The notes: generated by a model not told the origin, from the sequence alone. A stretch of 64,000 bases of DNA from Nanobdellota archaeon (GCA_042577865.1 JBHPDN010000002.1:782-64781); one strand, 5' to 3'. Counted from the stretch's first letter, positions 34,137 to 42,496 are shown. Numbers and translations are program-made.

Positions 34137-34212
34137 TCACAATCGAGTAAGAATTTTTTTTATTTACTCTGGGATAGAAATGTTTAAATAGAAGATATAT
34201 TTCGATTGTAAC

Positions 34213-34770
34213 ATGGCAAAAGGCAAAGTTGGTGGTGTTTTATTGAATTTAATTCTTTTATTTGTCCTTTTTCTGAGCCTAATCTACACAGTGTTTGATT
34301 TTGGCGGCAAGATGTTTATTGGAGAACTCATCATTGTTTTGTTTTTCTTGCTGCTGGCATTAGTAAGTTTAGGAATCAAAGCGGCCAGTGGAAAAAATTC
34401 AGGTTTGTTTTTATTGTACGGACTGAATTTGATTAATTTTGTTTTTATCTGGGGCATGACTAAAGAGATTGTCTGGTTAGGATTGTTAGTGGCAATTCTT
34501 GGTTTTTTAATTGGCATGGCAACCCACGGAAAAAAATCTGATGATTTTGACGACTCCTTTGACGACTTCAATGTAGAAGAAGTTGAACCAGTCAAATCAG
34601 TGAAAACAGAATTTGAACCTGGAAAGTATGTGGCCAGCAAAACAGGCAAGAAGTTCCACGCTCCTAAATGTGACTGGGCCAAGAGAATCAAAAAGAAAAG
34701 CCAGGTTTGGTTTGATGATAAAGACGAAGCCAAAAAAGGAAAGTACAAAGCTTGTGATTGTGTAAAGTAA
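34213..34770 (+). CDS. membrane protein with a C-terminal Cys-containing putative metal-binding motif
   Basis: About 4 TM helices are followed by an acidic linker and then KKFHAPKCDWAKRIKKKSQVWFDDKDEAKKGKYKACDC. The FH.P.C...A....F....EA...GY..C..C pattern resembles Ada-N-like Zn modules. This call is tentative. Confidence 0.5.
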   Translation: MAKGKVGGVLLNLILLFVLFLSLIYTVFDFGGKMFIGELIIVLFFLLLALVSLGIKAASGKNSGLFLLYGLNLINFVFIWGMTKEIVWLGLLVAILGFLIGMATHGKKSDDFDDSFDDFNVEEVEPVKSVKTEFEPGKYVASKTGKKFHAPKCDWAKRIKKKSQVWFDDKDEAKKGKYKACDCVK

Positions 34771-34773
34771 ATT

Positions 34774-35232
34774 TTATTTCTTTTTCCAAAAATAAACAAC
34801 AAGACCAATTACTCCAACAGAGATAGAAATATCAGCGATGTTGAAGGCCGGCCAGAAAGCAAAACTGATGAAATCAGTGACAAAATTGTAAAGAATTCTG
34901 TCAATGAGATTGCCAATGGCACCACCAAGAACTAAAGCAGTTGAAAATAACAATAATTTCTGATTGGTTTTAATTTTTTTATAATAGTACAAAATGAATC
35001 CAATGATTATTAAGGAGATAAGAATTAAAAGTAAATTAAAACCCTGCAGCAGACCAAACCCTGCACCAGTGTTTTGAGTATAAGTTAGGGAAAGAAACTT
35101 AGGAATAATTTTGATTGGTTGAATAAGAAACTTTTTTACAAGAATCTTGGTGAGTTGATCAAAAATAACAATCAACAAGGCAGCAGAAAAAAACAAAATA
35201 GGTTTTCTATATTTTTTGTAAAAAGAAACCAT
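34774..35232 (-). CDS. lspA: lipoprotein signal peptidase (signal peptidase II), bacterial type
   Basis: 152 aa with 4 TM. Motifs are FDQLTK, NTGAGFG, GGAIGNLIDR and PAFNIADISISVG. Both catalytic Asp contexts of LspA are present. Confidence 0.8.
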   Translation of the reverse strand: MVSFYKKYRKPILFFSAALLIVIFDQLTKILVKKFLIQPIKIIPKFLSLTYTQNTGAGFGLLQGFNLLLILISLIIIGFILYYYKKIKTNQKLLLFSTALVLGGAIGNLIDRILYNFVTDFISFAFWPAFNIADISISVGVIGLVVYFWKKK

Positions 35233-35588
35233 TAGTAATACCTTTTTTGGTCTTCATCACCACGAGCTATTTTTTCCAAATTAGCGAGTCTCATTTCTAC
35301 AGAGTTAAGCATGGCCCGGATAGCATCAAGCTTGCTGTTAATAACTTCCATCTGAGGATTAACCATAGGGGCAGTCGGCCTCATCTCTGGCTGCTGCTGC
35401 ATAGAGGGAGCAAGACTTGGTTCTTCAAAGGCCTGTTGATGTTGAGGAGGCTGCTGTCCTGGTTGAGGCGGCTGACCTAATTCAGGCATGCCCCAGCCTT
35501 CTGGTGCTTTTTCTCCCTGAGCAAGACCCTCGTAACCAGGGACGCTTTCCTTTTCCTTTTTTCCAAATAGTTTACTGAAGATTCCCAT
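35232..35588 (-). CDS. hypothetical Pro/Gln-rich protein with a C-terminal coiled-coil segment
   Basis: 118 aa with three parts: the N-terminus MGIFSKLFGKK, a P/Q-rich middle, and the C-terminal heptad-like MEVINSKLDAIRAMLNSVEMRLANLEKI. The stop codon overlaps the lspA start. Confidence 0.5.
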   Translation of the reverse strand: MGIFSKLFGKKEKESVPGYEGLAQGEKAPEGWGMPELGQPPQPGQQPPQHQQAFEEPSLAPSMQQQPEMRPTAPMVNPQMEVINSKLDAIRAMLNSVEMRLANLEKIARGDEDQKRYY

Positions 35589-36336
35589 TTTGTATTGTTT
35601 TAGTTAAATCCTCCACTATACCCAAGGGCAATATTTTTATAATTTTGAAAATGATTGTTTCTGGATAAATTTCAAGATTATTATTTTTTAATTGGAAGAT
35701 AATAAATAACTGGCCCTGGTCCTCCATGGTTTCTTGGAGCAGTTGGCCAAAAAGTATAGCTTTAAATTCATCATCGGTTTCAATAGCTTGTTGTGATTTC
35801 ATATCTTGAAGAGCTTGTGCTTTTGTTTCTTCTGTAACAGGCACTCCTGATTCTTGGAGATAATTTACAATAAAATCATCCAAAGCAGTTTCTGACTCCA
35901 GATATGAAATAATTTCCTCTCTAGGACGGTCTTTATCAGCTAAATAAACCGTATTAACATTTTCAAAGGCCTGGGAGTTGATAATTAAGATTTTGTAATT
36001 AGAACCGAGAATTTCTTCAAGTTGCTCCTGTTGGTATTCTTCCTGGATTGGTTGGATATCATCAATGAGGATAATATCTTCCCCTTCATTCAATTTTCCC
36101 TGGAATCCAGCCAAGATCTGATCCTGATGTTCTAACAAAACTAATTTCTCCTCTACAGGGAATTGGTCTTTGAGTTCCATAGCATCTTGGTAAATAAAAA
36201 ATCCTAAAATGGTTAGGACAACTCCAAGAACTAACGAAGCAATGAAAACTATCTTGAAAGCTTTCTTAGCAAATTTAAAAAGTATAGCCAAGACAACGAG
36301 AAAAATAATTCCGACAATGATTAAGGAAATAAGCAT
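35572..36336 (-). CDS. hypothetical membrane-anchored acidic protein (254 aa)
   Basis: Two N-terminal TM helices are followed by an acidic soluble domain. The gene overlaps the downstream gene by 17 nt, suggesting an operon with 35232-35588 and lspA. Confidence 0.5.
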   Translation of the reverse strand: MLISLIIVGIIFLVVLAILFKFAKKAFKIVFIASLVLGVVLTILGFFIYQDAMELKDQFPVEEKLVLLEHQDQILAGFQGKLNEGEDIILIDDIQPIQEEYQQEQLEEILGSNYKILIINSQAFENVNTVYLADKDRPREEIISYLESETALDDFIVNYLQESGVPVTEETKAQALQDMKSQQAIETDDEFKAILFGQLLQETMEDQGQLFIIFQLKNNNLEIYPETIIFKIIKILPLGIVEDLTKTIQNGNLQ

Positions 36337-36373
36337 TTTTTAACCTCTTTTTTGGAGGTTAATTTATTCTGCT

Positions 36374-36943
36374 TTAAATAGGTTTTGGATTAGTAGGTTG
36401 AGTTTGTTCTTGTTTCCAAGCCAGATATCCTTGGGCTAGAGTTGATACTTTGTTACCCAAATGATAATTAATTCGTTCCATATACAATGGGCTTAGGATT
36501 CTAGTTTTTGAAGTATCTTCATACATTCCAGGAAATCTTTCTGCAAATTCCTCTTCGGTAATGTTTAGAATTTGAAAGGCATCTTCGTAAGCGTATAGGC
36601 CATTTTTTGGACCAGAAGGCACTTTAAAAACACGAGCTTTGAATTGATTGTCTTTAAGATTTGAGGTTTGGATGCCTTGTGCCAATAATTCAGGACTTAA
36701 TTGATTACTAAAATATTCCAGAAGTTCGGAATAACGGCTGCCGTCTGAACAAACATCAAGAAAATATCCCCTTTTTGTTTTTCTACCTATATCACCATAA
36801 AAATTATGCTCAAAATCACCAGAACGGCCGCAGATAGTTTCATCTAAAGAGACACTCACTGAATTTTGTCCTTTCATGAGTCTTCTTTTGATTTCTTCAA
36901 ACAAATCTTCTTTTGATTTCTTAGTTGAACTTCTAAAGGCCAT
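36374..36943 (-). CDS. hypothetical protein (189 aa)
   Basis: Intact ORF. No motif recognised. Confidence 0.45.
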   Translation of the reverse strand: MAFRSSTKKSKEDLFEEIKRRLMKGQNSVSVSLDETICGRSGDFEHNFYGDIGRKTKRGYFLDVCSDGSRYSELLEYFSNQLSPELLAQGIQTSNLKDNQFKARVFKVPSGPKNGLYAYEDAFQILNITEEEFAERFPGMYEDTSKTRILSPLYMERINYHLGNKVSTLAQGYLAWKQEQTQPTNPKPI

Positions 36944-37002
36944 AGAGGTAAATCTATTTTTCTACTATTTAAATCTTTCGGTTATTAGTCACCTAGAAGT
37001 AG

Positions 37003-37377
37003 TTATTTTACTAAAACAGCGTTGATATTGCCGTCCTGGCCTGGCCTGGAAGTAACTTTGGCTTGACCTAATTCAGTTTCAATAACAGCACCTTTAGTGA
37101 TGATGTTACGTCTAGCTAAGTGTTTGTTAGCAGGGTTGTCAAGAACTGTTTTAATCTTGATTTTCTTAATCTTGCCGTCTTTATCAGCGAGATTGACTAG
37201 ATTGCTTCCCAAAAGCTTGTTTTTATGATTATTTCCCAGAGTTCTGACTGTCTTAAGTTTAGGTTCTTCTAACTTAGTCATAGCTGGATAACCAGTCAAC
37301 TCATACTTTCTTTTGCTCCGATGGGAATGGTATCTTCCGCCTGAAACTTTCTTTTTGGAGCGGTATTTTGTTTGCAT
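37003..37377 (-). CDS. rps8e: 30S ribosomal protein S8e
   Basis: 124 aa with RSKKKVSGGRYHSHRSKRKYELTG at the N-terminus, typical of eS8. Confidence 0.85.
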   Translation of the reverse strand: MQTKYRSKKKVSGGRYHSHRSKRKYELTGYPAMTKLEEPKLKTVRTLGNNHKNKLLGSNLVNLADKDGKIKKIKIKTVLDNPANKHLARRNIITKGAVIETELGQAKVTSRPGQDGNINAVLVK

Positions 37378-37434
37378 GGGAGGAGATGGATTTTAGGTGA
37401 TTTATATACTTTGCTATTTTAAGAAGATTTATAA

Positions 37435-38379
37435 ATGAAAAAAAGTTTCCAAAGCATGGTGATAGATGTGGATGTCTTTAGCTTTGCTGCTAAATCAAAA
37501 GGTTTGGATATCAGGAATAAATTAAAATTGGTTCTTTTTGCAGCAGGTATTAAACCCAATACTTTTGTTGTTTTACGTATCAATCCTGACAGCTTAGAGG
37601 AAGAGTATGAATTAAAGGAAATTCTGAAGAAAGAGGGTTTTATTTTTCATGCAAGCCGGGCTAAAAGTTATGAGGAAATAAAAACAATTGAAGGAGACAA
37701 AGTTGTTTGGGAAATAGCCGGTGCCTGGGTGGGTTTTGATTTGTTTAAAGATGAAAAAAGCGAGCAGGAATTCAAAAGATATGTTGATCTGTTGACTAAA
37801 TTTAAACATAAAGAAGCTGACAGAGTAGCAGGCAAACTTTATGATTATCCGGACTGCTGTGTCAAACAATTGGTTAGAGAGCACGAGCCGAAATATTTGA
37901 AAAGAAGTTACAACTGTTATGAATATTATAAAAAATTGCATGATTTAGACAGAAAATTTCCCTGGGTTTTTCATCAAGCTCATTCTCTTGACTGCAAACC
38001 AACAGCTGAACTGAATAAAAATTATTCAAAAACAATCAAGAAAGTTGATGAAAAATTGTGGAAAGAATACGACGAAAAAAATTCTTTCAAAGCTGAATTG
38101 TTGGTGGGTGGTTACTCAGATGTTTTGATGAAAGAAAAGAGTATCTGGCCGGAAAAAAATGGTTATGAATATGAGTTGATTACGAGGAAACCCATCAAAG
38201 ACAAGTACTGGTTGATCTCTTTTGTGACAAAAGAAAAATATGAAAAAGGAGATTTGTTAGAGGGAGAAATTGTTTTCAGGCATGATTATGTTGATGTAGC
38301 TGTCAAAAAAGTAAAGAAAACAAAAATTGAAAACTTACATCATGAAAGGTATTTGCCTTTGTTAGGCAGGAAATTCTAG
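37435..38379 (+). CDS. hypothetical protein (314 aa) with a Cys/His cluster
   Basis: Intact ORF containing YDYPDCCVKQL...CYEYYKKLH...HQAHSLDCKP. No family confidently recognised. Confidence 0.45.
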   Translation: MKKSFQSMVIDVDVFSFAAKSKGLDIRNKLKLVLFAAGIKPNTFVVLRINPDSLEEEYELKEILKKEGFIFHASRAKSYEEIKTIEGDKVVWEIAGAWVGFDLFKDEKSEQEFKRYVDLLTKFKHKEADRVAGKLYDYPDCCVKQLVREHEPKYLKRSYNCYEYYKKLHDLDRKFPWVFHQAHSLDCKPTAELNKNYSKTIKKVDEKLWKEYDEKNSFKAELLVGGYSDVLMKEKSIWPEKNGYEYELITRKPIKDKYWLISFVTKEKYEKGDLLEGEIVFRHDYVDVAVKKVKKTKIENLHHERYLPLLGRKF

Positions 38380-38454
38380 TTTTTTTTCAGTAACATTTAA
38401 ATACCGATAGAAATTTTGGATAATTATTCCATATTTTGGGGGTGTATTTTAAAA

Positions 38455-38688
38455 ATGTCCGACGAACAAAGTTCAAGACCATTAGATGCTTTAAATCAAG
38501 CACGAAATAAGAGAGTCATAATTGACTTGAAAAACAACCATCAGTATGTTGGCAAATTAAAGGCCTTTGATATTCATATCAACACTGTTCTTGAAGAGGC
38601 TGAAGAAAGGGCCGACGGTGAAGTCAAGAGAAAACTAGGAACAGTCTTTATCAGAGGAGACACAATTATAACAATTTCTCCGGAGTAA
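38455..38688 (+). CDS. Sm-like archaeal protein (SmAP/LSm)
   Basis: The internal ATG gives [51 protein letters not shown]...[15 protein letters not shown] (Sm1 and Sm2 motifs). It lies in the conserved Sm-L37e pair. Confidence 0.85.
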   Translation: MSDEQSSRPLDALNQARNKRVIIDLKNNHQYVGKLKAFDIHINTVLEEAEERADGEVKRKLGTVFIRGDTIITISPE

Positions 38689-38692
38689 AAAA

Positions 38693-38857
38693 ATGACAAA
38701 AGGAACGCCTTCTATGGGTAAGAAGAGTGGTAAAAAGAATATGATGCCATGCCGAAGGTGTGGCCAGCGTTCTTATCATATGAGAAAGAAAAAGTGTGCC
38801 AGCTGCGGTTTTGGCAACAGCTCTAAGTTGAGGAGCTACTCTTGGCAGAAGAAGTAA
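38693..38857 (+). CDS. rpl37e: 50S ribosomal protein L37e
   Basis: Own translation (54 aa): [54 protein letters not shown]. The Cys4 zinc ribbon is typical of eL37. The ORF is below the track size cut-off. Confidence 0.85.
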   Translation: MTKGTPSMGKKSGKKNMMPCRRCGQRSYHMRKKKCASCGFGNSSKLRSYSWQKK

Positions 38858-39479
38858 TTTCTTCTAAACAATTTTCATTAATTGATTGAATCTCAATTTG
38901 TTCGCAGATAGATAAATCTTCGAGTTGGATGGCAATCTGACGGATACAACTGCCTTGGGCAACGCGATCTTCTATTTTTTCACAAATGGTTTCATCTTCT
39001 AATTGCTGAGCAATTTTATTGATGCAAGTTATTTGTTTGTTGGAATCTGTGAGAGTGAGGCAGAGTTCAGCTTGGTCTGATTCTACAGCTAAATCAAAAA
39101 AACAAGTTTGTTTCATCCTATTAGAGGTAATTTTTTGACAAAGTTCTTTATTGGTGTCTTGAACAGCAAAGAACTTAAAACAGATATTAGACCAGTATGA
39201 GTCTTCTACTTGGTCACAAAGCTCTAAATCATTGGTTTTTTCTGCTATTTTTTCATAACAATGAGCTACGGCCTGAGGATTTTCTGATAATTCACAAATA
39301 TCCAAATCTTCTCTAAGAATACCTAATTCGGTGTAACAGAGGTCCCTGAGATAAGGTTTTTCTCTTTGGGAGCAGAATTCTTCTGTTTCAGCTGTACTTT
39401 GACCAGTGATGTTACCACAGGCACTTAAGATAAATAATAATGTTAATAAGATCGGGATTAGTTGGGTTATTTTTTTCAT
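38823..39479 (-). CDS. predicted lipoprotein made of seven tandem 26-aa Cys-x11-Cys repeats
   Basis: [21 protein letters not shown] is a signal peptide plus a perfect lipobox (LSA|C). The repeats follow, e.g. [52 protein letters not shown] and [26 protein letters not shown]. Confidence 0.6.
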   Translation of the reverse strand: MKKITQLIPILLTLLFILSACGNITGQSTAETEEFCSQREKPYLRDLCYTELGILREDLDICELSENPQAVAHCYEKIAEKTNDLELCDQVEDSYWSNICFKFFAVQDTNKELCQKITSNRMKQTCFFDLAVESDQAELCLTLTDSNKQITCINKIAQQLEDETICEKIEDRVAQGSCIRQIAIQLEDLSICEQIEIQSINENCLEEITSSAKSSSST

Positions 39480-39591
39480 AGATTTGAAGGAGATGAAGTG
39501 GTTTATATATTTTATTTAATTTAAATCCATACTTTTAAAGGGGAATTTTTAAAAAGATATAAAAAGAACAGGTTTTTATCAAACTAAATAT

Positions 39592-39637
39592 GCGGGTGCA
39601 GCGGAGAAACTTATTTCTCCTGGTACCCGCCTTTCAT
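39592..39637 (+). other. tRNA-Leu-derived minihelix-like element directly upstream of tRNA-Leu
   Basis: GCGGGTGCAGCGGAGAAACTTATTTCTCCTGGTACCCGCCTTTCAT. Of its first 15 nt, 12 match the tRNA-Leu 5' end (GCGGGTGTGCCGGAG). GCGGGT pairs with ACCCGC, and the inner hairpin is GGAGAAA/TTTCTCC. Confidence 0.4.
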
Positions 39638-39739
39638 GCGGGTGTGCCGGAGTGGTCAAACGGGACAGGCTTAGGTTGTTTTTAACATAAGTAACCTGTT
39701 GGGTTAGTCCCTACGCAGGTTCGAACCCTGCCGCCCGCA
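39638..39739 (+). tRNA. tRNA-Leu (TAG) with an 18-nt anticodon-loop intron
   Basis: GCGGGTG-TG-CCG..CGG-..ACAGG-CTTAGG[+18 nt]A-CCTGT-TGGGTTAGTCCCTAC (long variable arm)-GCAGG-TTCGAAC-CCTGC-CGCCCGC-A. Confidence 0.8.
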
Positions 39740-39903
39740 TTAAAACTTATGAGCGAGATATGGCATTTAAAAGGAGGATTTGAGATGAATGATTTTCTAT
39801 TGAGGAGTGATAACGTGCTGAAATTGTTAATTTCTCGCTCTAGAGAGGTTGTAAGGGTTTGGTGGGGTTTAGCAATTGGTTGTCTAGAGGGCAATTGCGA
39901 AAG

Positions 39904-39913
39904 CTTTATAAAT
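39904..39913 (+). promoter_or_regulatory. TATA box upstream of the S-layer gene
   Basis: CTTTATAAAT is preceded by the A-rich GAAAG (BRE-like). It lies about 130 nt upstream of the proposed TTG start, implying a long leader of about 100 nt. Confidence 0.4.
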
Positions 39914-40039
39914 CAAACACAACTATTGGGAACTGCTAAAGTAAAAAGCATTAGATAGGAAAACAAGTATCAAAGAAGCTTTTTACCGAGGCAAAGGTTG
40001 TCTAATGATAGCCCAAAAAGAAACACGGAGGTGTTTAGA

Positions 40040-42496
40040 TTGAGAATAAAAAAGGCGATTAAGAAAATTGCTGCATTAGGTATTGGAACAACAATGCTGG
40101 GAGCTACCTTAATGGGTGCATCTGCACTAGCAGATTTGAGTTTATATCCTGGCGACATGGTGACTGGCTCTACCTTTAACGGTAAGATTGTAGCTGGTAG
40201 AAATTCTAAAGCGATTGATTCAATTGCAGTAGCAATTGTTGCTGGTGACATGCCTGAATTAGCAGGTGGCGGAAGCACTGTTGTTACAACCGGAATTTCT
40301 GGTGATGACCTATGGCAAGTTGGAACTGTAACTGACCCATTAGAAATTGGTGAAGGTATCAGCGAAGTTACTGGTTTTATTGATGGTAGTGACTTAGATG
40401 CTTTGGGTGACGGAACACTGAGCAACTCAAAAGGAACCTTTGAATATGAACAATTCCTTTACTTTAACAACGCTATGGAAGAAGTCTTGTACGAAGAAAG
40501 TGATGATGATGTAACTGACGTTTTCTTTACCCTTGATGACGACACCAACATTGCTAGATACAGATTAGACTTTACTGAAAATGCTGAATCAGACATTGAT
40601 GGTAGTGATAATTTCAACTTAGATGATTTTGAAAACAAAGAAATCACTATGATGGGAGAAACATTCACTATTGTTCAAGCAACAGGAACCACTAGTCCAA
40701 GTGAAGGTGTTGAGCTAAAATTAATGAGCGGCGCTGTTAAAGATGACTTGGATGAAGAACAAGAAGAAACCTACACTATTGATGGTGAAACCTATACTGT
40801 TCAGTTAACCTATGTTGATGATGACGAAGCTGCTTTTACTGTTAACACAGAAACCACAGGAAAAATGGCAGATGGTGAAACATACACCTTAAGTGACGGA
40901 ACTGTTTTAGGTATTGGTGACATTTACTACCAAGCTTATGCAGGTGGTATCCACACAGTTACCTGGTTCTTGGGTGCTAACAGCGTTATCTTGCAAGATA
41001 CCAACATTACAGACACTGTTTCAAGCAATGAAGTTCAGGTTAATGAAGAAACCATTGACGGTGCAGATGTTATTATCAAAGGTACTGTTTTGGACACTGC
41101 TACCTCAACTGATGATGGAGAATTGCGGATTGAATTCATTGACGTCAATATGACTGCTCAGGATGATTATTGGGTAGCTGCTGGCGGAAAACTAAGTGAC
41201 GCAATTGATGACAATGGTGATGAAATGGGCATCTTGTTTACCAACAATTGGGACATCCAGTTTGCTGGTTTGAGTGGTGACGATACCAACGAAATTGACT
41301 TGGATGCAAAAGCTGCTGACGACGAAATGTGGTTAACATTCACCAACTTAGACGGTGATGAAATCGAGTTCCCAGTAGCTTGGACAGATGATACTGATGT
41401 AGGACCTGGTGCAGAAGATGACGCATTAATCTTGAGACCTGGAACAACTCCGGTAGCAAAAGATCAGTATTTCATCTTAAATGACGACACTGATGACGAC
41501 TCTATCACTCAGGTAATCCAATACACTGGTTCTGATGATGACGGTGCAAGCAACCCAGAAATAACATTTAAGAATCTGGCTAACGGCGATACAATTACCA
41601 GAAGTTGGGATACAACTGCTAACACAGCAACTTTGACTTTGAGTGGAACCCAGTACACTATTGCTAACGCTACAGGAACTGGAGCTGATAACTTTAACAT
41701 CACTATAAGTGGTCAGGCAGCTACTGAACTTGGTACAGGCGGAAACAGTTGGGAAGCTAACTATGTGATTACTGAGTTTGGTGGAAAGGTTTTAATCAAC
41801 GACACAAATGCAACTGACACTACAGAAGCATTAGTTATGGTTTTCCAACAAATTGACTCAAACAGAGTTGATGAATTGACAACACCAGAAACTTTAGCAA
41901 CTGCAACTCTTGGTGAAGGTTCTGACATTGTTCTATCTGTAACAGAAGGAGCAGGTCTTAGTTTTGTTACACCAGAAGATGATGATGAACACAGCTACTT
42001 GTACAGTATCTACGGAGCTTGGTTAGACTTGTTTAACCCAGACAGTGGAGCTAGTTCATTCACCATAACAATGCCTGAACAACAACTTGAACCTCAGCTG
42101 TATGTAACCTCTGGAGCTACAACCTCAAGTATGAGTTCAACTACTACTGGCAACAAAGTAACAGTACTTGCCGCAGCTAGTGTACTTGATGACGAAGTAA
42201 CAGACTATACAGCACAAAACTTAATCGTAGTTGGTGGTCCATGTGTTAACACCATCGCAGCAGAATTGATGGGTAACCCTACAGACTGTACCGAAGGATT
42301 TACACCTGGCGAAGCTATGATTAAAGTCTTTGAAACTGGAACCTACGAAGCTATCTTAGTTGCTGGTTACAGTGGTGACGGCACCAGACTAGCTGCTTCA
42401 GTTCTAACCAATCCAGCTGCTTACGGATTGTCAGGAACAGAAGTTACAGTAAGTGGTCCTAGTTTGAGTAATGTTGTTGTAGAAACAGTTGCTTAA
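40040..42496 (+). CDS. S-layer protein candidate (acidic, Thr/Asp-rich, secreted)
   Basis: A TTG start 7 nt after GGAGGTG gives (M)RIKKAIKKIAALGIGTTMLGATLMGASALA, a signal peptide. N-terminal GKIVAGRNSKAIDSIAVAIVAGDM and C-terminal LIVVGGPCVNTIAAELMG...ILVAGYSGDGTRLAA resemble Methanococcales-type S-layer N/C domains. Size is 818 aa. Confidence 0.7.
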   Translation: MRIKKAIKKIAALGIGTTMLGATLMGASALADLSLYPGDMVTGSTFNGKIVAGRNSKAIDSIAVAIVAGDMPELAGGGSTVVTTGISGDDLWQVGTVTDPLEIGEGISEVTGFIDGSDLDALGDGTLSNSKGTFEYEQFLYFNNAMEEVLYEESDDDVTDVFFTLDDDTNIARYRLDFTENAESDIDGSDNFNLDDFENKEITMMGETFTIVQATGTTSPSEGVELKLMSGAVKDDLDEEQEETYTIDGETYTVQLTYVDDDEAAFTVNTETTGKMADGETYTLSDGTVLGIGDIYYQAYAGGIHTVTWFLGANSVILQDTNITDTVSSNEVQVNEETIDGADVIIKGTVLDTATSTDDGELRIEFIDVNMTAQDDYWVAAGGKLSDAIDDNGDEMGILFTNNWDIQFAGLSGDDTNEIDLDAKAADDEMWLTFTNLDGDEIEFPVAWTDDTDVGPGAEDDALILRPGTTPVAKDQYFILNDDTDDDSITQVIQYTGSDDDGASNPEITFKNLANGDTITRSWDTTANTATLTLSGTQYTIANATGTGADNFNITISGQAATELGTGGNSWEANYVITEFGGKVLINDTNATDTTEALVMVFQQIDSNRVDELTTPETLATATLGEGSDIVLSVTEGAGLSFVTPEDDDEHSYLYSIYGAWLDLFNPDSGASSFTITMPEQQLEPQLYVTSGATTSSMSSTTTGNKVTVLAAASVLDDEVTDYTAQNLIVVGGPCVNTIAAELMGNPTDCTEGFTPGEAMIKVFETGTYEAILVAGYSGDGTRLAASVLTNPAAYGLSGTEVTVSGPSLSNVVVETVA

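Noticed and set aside
34284-34808. 174-aa minus-strand ORF overlapping 34213-34770
   Set aside because: Its sequence is Ser/Pro/Asn-rich and non-globular. The plus-strand ORF gives clean TM helices and a structured Cys motif, so the plus strand was preferred.
38823-38857. 35-nt convergent overlap between rpl37e and the Cys-repeat lipoprotein gene, as a sign of a mis-called gene
   Set aside because: Both ORFs are independently well supported (the L37e zinc-ribbon sequence, and the lipobox plus seven regular repeats). There is no earlier stop in either frame. I accept it as a genuine 3'-3' overlap in a compact genome.
39780-39830. C/D-box sRNA candidate (AATGATT ... GTGATAA ... CTGA), and another near 60655-60710 (TTGATGAG)
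   Set aside because: The boxes are imperfect. The C-to-D' and C'-to-D spacings do not match the roughly 12-nt guide spacing. No terminal stem or proper D box (CTGA) occurs at the expected 3' position in the second case.
39970-40425. 151-aa minus-strand ORF, plus several other 60-80 aa ORFs within 40459-41703
   Set aside because: They are antisense to, or out of frame within, the 818-aa S-layer candidate. That candidate has a signal peptide, an SD and family-typical terminal motifs.
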